A DNA stretch of 64,000 bases from the IMG/VR virus record IMGVR_UViG_3300017732_000001. One strand, written 5' to 3'. A program made the translations under genes and the position numbers. Shown piece after piece: positions 61,315-64,000 of this stretch. Below the pieces are notes generated by a model. That model did no database searches. It had not been told where the DNA came from and saw only the letters and a list, made by a program, of their open reading frames with translations. This DNA comes from an uncultured virus (IMG/VR IMGVR_UViG_3300017732_000001) (lineage: Duplodnaviria > Heunggongvirae > Uroviricota > Caudoviricetes). Positions within the stretch are counted from its first letter, which is position 1; each line of letters starts with the position of its first letter.

Positions 61315-62774
61315 TGGTTACCATTGAAAAGAAGAATGAAGTTTCTCTAAGGATCGGTGCTGAGTTATCTCAGCATAGAGAGTTAAGTGATTACTTTACA
61401 TTTGCAGTACCAGAAGCAAAATTTCTGAAACAACAGAAACGCTACAAGTATTGGGATGGATTGATCAGACTGTATTCTCCTGGGACAGGTGAACTACCTG
61501 TGGGGTTGTTTCATTATCTTGAGGAATGGTTACAGAAAAAGGAATATGAATATACAATAGTAGACAACAAATACTCAGGTACCCCTGGTGAAGAAAACAC
61601 ACTTATCACACCCGAGGCAGTTAATGGTTTTGTTCGATCTCTGGGTACTCCTTTCAAGGCGAGAGATTACCAACTCCAAAGCATTTATTCAGCACTTCGG
61701 CACAACCGTAGATTATTACTCTCTCCCACTGGATCTGGGAAATCATTCATAATCTACTGCCTTCTCAGATGGCACCTACAATATAATAGAGAGATCTTGA
61801 TTATTGTACCTACAACCTCTTTGGTTGAACAACTTTACAAGGACATTGAACAATATGGATTCTACGCTCGAAACACAATACACAAAATCTACGGGGGAAG
61901 AGACCGTTATGACAGGAGTCCTGTCGTCATTTCTACGTGGCAATCTATCTACAAGGAGTCTAAGGATTACTTTAATAGGTTTGATGTTGTTATCGGCGAT
62001 GAAGCGCACCAGTACAAAGCGAAGTCGCTGACAGGTATTCTTAATAAGTGCCACAATGCCAAGTACAGATATGGTCTGACTGGTACGTTGGATGGTATGC
62101 AATGCCATCAACTTCAACTGGAAGGTCTGTTCGGTAAAGTTAATAATGCTATACGCACAAAAGATTTGCAGAAGAAAGGACATCTGACTGAACTCAAGAT
62201 TAATGTACTGCTGTGTAAACACGATTATATTGGTTTCGATTCTTACTTTGATGAAATAGATTATATCATATCCCACGAGAAAAGGAATAATATTATTACT
62301 GGTCTTGCTAGAGACTTGGTTGGTAACACTCTAATTCTATTCAACTACGTGGAGAAGCACGGAGAACCTCTTTACGAAATGATAAATAGTAAAGCAGGGG
62401 ATAAACATATATTTTTTATCCACGGCAAAGTTCCCACTGAGGAACGAGAAGAGGCACGCCAGATCTGTGAGGACACGGACAATGCAATTATTCTTGCATC
62501 GTATGGGACGTTCTCAACTGGTATCAATATAAAAAACTTACACAATGTGATATTTGCTTCCCCATCCAAGTCTAAGATTCGCAATCTCCAGTCTATTGGT
62601 AGGGCACTACGGAAGCACGACTCAAAGAGTCAGGCAACACTATATGATTTTGCCGATGATATTAGCAATGGTTTTCGTATGAATGCAACGTTGAACCATT
62701 TAGTTGAACGCATCCGTCAGTACAAGGATGAAAAGTTTGAATACTCAATTACTAAAATCAAATTAGGAAACTAG
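61314..62774 (+). CDS. uvsW: SF2 DNA/RNA helicase UvsW
   Basis: WDGLIRL, SPTGSGKS, GDEAH, YGLTGT, ASYGTFSTGINIKNLHN, LQSIGRALR. Confidence 0.96.
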   Translation: MVTIEKKNEVSLRIGAELSQHRELSDYFTFAVPEAKFLKQQKRYKYWDGLIRLYSPGTGELPVGLFHYLEEWLQKKEYEYTIVDNKYSGTPGEENTLITPEAVNGFVRSLGTPFKARDYQLQSIYSALRHNRRLLLSPTGSGKSFIIYCLLRWHLQYNREILIIVPTTSLVEQLYKDIEQYGFYARNTIHKIYGGRDRYDRSPVVISTWQSIYKESKDYFNRFDVVIGDEAHQYKAKSLTGILNKCHNAKYRYGLTGTLDGMQCHQLQLEGLFGKVNNAIRTKDLQKKGHLTELKINVLLCKHDYIGFDSYFDEIDYIISHEKRNNIITGLARDLVGNTLILFNYVEKHGEPLYEMINSKAGDKHIFFIHGKVPTEEREEARQICEDTDNAIILASYGTFSTGINIKNLHNVIFASPSKSKIRNLQSIGRALRKHDSKSQATLYDFADDISNGFRMNATLNHLVERIRQYKDEKFEYSITKIKLGN

Positions 62775-62775
62775 T

Positions 62776-63213
62776 ATGTCTCTAAATTACATCAAACCCG
62801 ACGAAGAATTCTACGGATGTATTAAACTTACATCTGGAGAGGAACTTCTTGGCAGAGTTGTTGTAGTAGAAGAGCATAAAGGTTTCTATTGTGCATTCAT
62901 TCAAGACCCTGGCAAAGTGCACAGCACTGAGAAGATGATTGAAGATAAGAGAGCAGTAGCAGTAGGACTCAAGAGGTGGATGGTCTTCTCTGATGAAGAC
63001 TTCTTTATTATTCCTGAAGAGAGGATTATTACGATCGCGCCGATGTCGTCGGACGCGGTTCTGATGTACAAATTCTTTTGTAAACAAGAGTTCAAAAAAC
63101 ATCCCGATGATGTCCCTGATTCGAGTATTGAACTGACTCAGGAAATGGGTCTCATCGGTGAAGTAGAAAAGATGAGAAAGAAATTAGAACAACTGTTTAA
63201 CGGTAATAGCTAA
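62776..63213 (+). CDS. Conserved hypothetical protein, Sm-like fold suspected (145 aa)
   Basis: FYGCIKLTSGEELLGRV...WMVFSDEDFFIIPEERIIT; usual position between uvsW and gp55. Confidence 0.8.
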   Translation: MSLNYIKPDEEFYGCIKLTSGEELLGRVVVVEEHKGFYCAFIQDPGKVHSTEKMIEDKRAVAVGLKRWMVFSDEDFFIIPEERIITIAPMSSDAVLMYKFFCKQEFKKHPDDVPDSSIELTQEMGLIGEVEKMRKKLEQLFNGNS

Positions 63214-63244
63214 GAGCTTATCCTTTGCAACCCCGACAGTGTTG

Positions 63245-63273
63245 ATCATAATTGTTTTAGAGAAGGATGTCAA
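63245..63273 (-). promoter_or_regulatory. Antisense sigma70-type promoter facing the 145-aa gene/uvsW
   Basis: The minus strand reads TTGACA (63273-63268), 17-nt spacer, TATGAT (63250-63245). Confidence 0.65.
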
Positions 63274-63288
63274 GGGCATCAATAACCA

Positions 63289-63317
63289 TTGACCAGATCC
63301 CAGTTCTCTGCTACAAT
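63289..63317 (+). promoter_or_regulatory. sigma70-type promoter for gp55
   Basis: TTGACC (63289-63294), 17-nt spacer, TACAAT (63312-63317), with an extended -10 TG. Confidence 0.75.
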
Positions 63318-63340
63318 TACATTATGAAGTAACCAACACA

Positions 63341-63823
63341 ATGGCGTTAATGGCAGCACGGCGAACCAAAAACCAGCACTATGTAGATAACCAGAAATTT
63401 CTTGCTGCTATCGTTAAATACAGAGACCTGGTGGAAATTTCTAAAATCAAATCTAAACCCAAACCTAGAATTGATGAGTACATTGGAGAGTGCTTCCTAA
63501 AGATTGCTACTCACCTTTCATATAGACCAAACTTTATTAACTATATGTACAAGGAGGATATGATCTCAGATGGTATCGAGAATTGTGTTCAGTATATTGA
63601 CAACTTTGATCCTGCTAAAAGCAGGAATCCTTTTGCATATTTTACTCAAATCGTTTACTATGCATTCTTAAGAAGGATTGCTAAAGAGAAAAGACAGATG
63701 GATATTAAAGATAAAATTATTGAGAAGAGTGGATTCGATCAAGTATTCCATTCTGATGGAGACGGAGATACTGCACAACTTAATAGTATCAAGTCTCGTA
63801 TTGAAATGAACAATCGTTACTAA
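63341..63823 (+). CDS. gp55: Late-transcription sigma factor gp55
   Basis: HYVDNQKFL, YIGECFLKIATHLSYRPNFINY, DMISDGIENC, NPFAYFTQIVYYAFLRRIAKEK. Confidence 0.97.
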   Translation: MALMAARRTKNQHYVDNQKFLAAIVKYRDLVEISKIKSKPKPRIDEYIGECFLKIATHLSYRPNFINYMYKEDMISDGIENCVQYIDNFDPAKSRNPFAYFTQIVYYAFLRRIAKEKRQMDIKDKIIEKSGFDQVFHSDGDGDTAQLNSIKSRIEMNNRY

Positions 63824-64000
63824 TGTTAATCGAACAACTTGCAACTGTCATTCGCTTAGCGATTGAAGGGTTGGATGCTGAACGAGTTGAATGTGATCAA
63901 GAAGAAATAGTTAATGGTAATCTTATCATAAAAAATGAGATATACAAATGCGAAGGTCTTCGTAAGTTACACCTCGAAGTAGCAAAGACAGATAAACTAG
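63823..64000 (+). CDS. pcyA: Phycocyanobilin:ferredoxin oxidoreductase-like (ferredoxin-dependent bilin reductase), 5' part only
   Basis: TAATG-coupled ATG at 63823, open to the window end: MLIEQLATVIR...NLIIKNEIYKCEGLRKLHLEVAKTDKL. This matches the PcyA segment L.IEN..Y....FRK(M/L)HLE(L/V)AK..(N)LDILH. Only 59 codons are visible. Confidence 0.75.
   Translation, partial: MLIEQLATVIRLAIEGLDAERVECDQEEIVNGNLIIKNEIYKCEGLRKLHLEVAKTDKL

Noticed and set aside
49503..62774. Possible inteins, introns or homing endonucleases in gp17, gp20, gp23 or uvsW
   Set aside because: These ORFs are uninterrupted and of ordinary length, with no intein or LAGLIDADG/GIY-YIG/HNH motifs seen. The 77-aa Zn protein at 51253 lacks a nuclease domain.
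1376..63102. Numerous 60-170 aa minus-strand and alternate-frame ORFs in the track
   Set aside because: All are nested in long + strand genes with recognisable phage products and look like shadow frames of the biased codon usage. None has a recognisable motif.
1..64000. tRNA, rRNA or other structured RNA genes
   Set aside because: Intergenic gaps are nearly all under about 130 nt, and none shows a cloverleaf or T-loop (GTTCRA) context that I could support.

Overview
All real genes in this window lie on the + strand. It is the virion-morphogenesis region of a T4-like marine cyanomyovirus (Kyanoviridae-type, Synechococcus/Prochlorococcus host). Gene order: 3' end of gp6; a giant 6926-aa gp7-like baseplate protein; YHYH/cupredoxin/Ig and gp9-like accessory virion proteins; gp8; a 2403-aa VrlC/DUF4815-type protein; a 1972-aa fibre; gp13-gp16; a variable gp16-gp17 island (basic internal-head-like proteins, plastocyanin petE, SNase-like nuclease, small membrane proteins); gp17-gp23; gp3; uvsY; uvsW; gp55; and the 5' end of a pcyA-like bilin reductase cut by the window edge. 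gp55-type late promoters (NATAAATA/NCTAAATA), two GGACCC-stem terminators and three sigma70-type promoters are visible. The top observation is in the C-terminal half of gp7. It carries six (plus one degenerate) helical repeats that resemble phycobiliprotein (globin-fold) subunits by eye. All six keep the bilin-attachment C-x-x-D motif, and five beta155-like second Cys helices are present, arranged as nested domains. The same phage encodes a bilin reductase, and two neighbouring virion proteins have plastocyanin-like Cu-site motifs. This suggests an untested chromophorylated, possibly light/redox-responsive baseplate. Other points: strong avoidance of CATG/CCGG/GGCC/AGCT, a divergent antisense promoter upstream of gp55, and an enlarged tail sheath. 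All homology calls come from motif recognition and gene order, not database searches.
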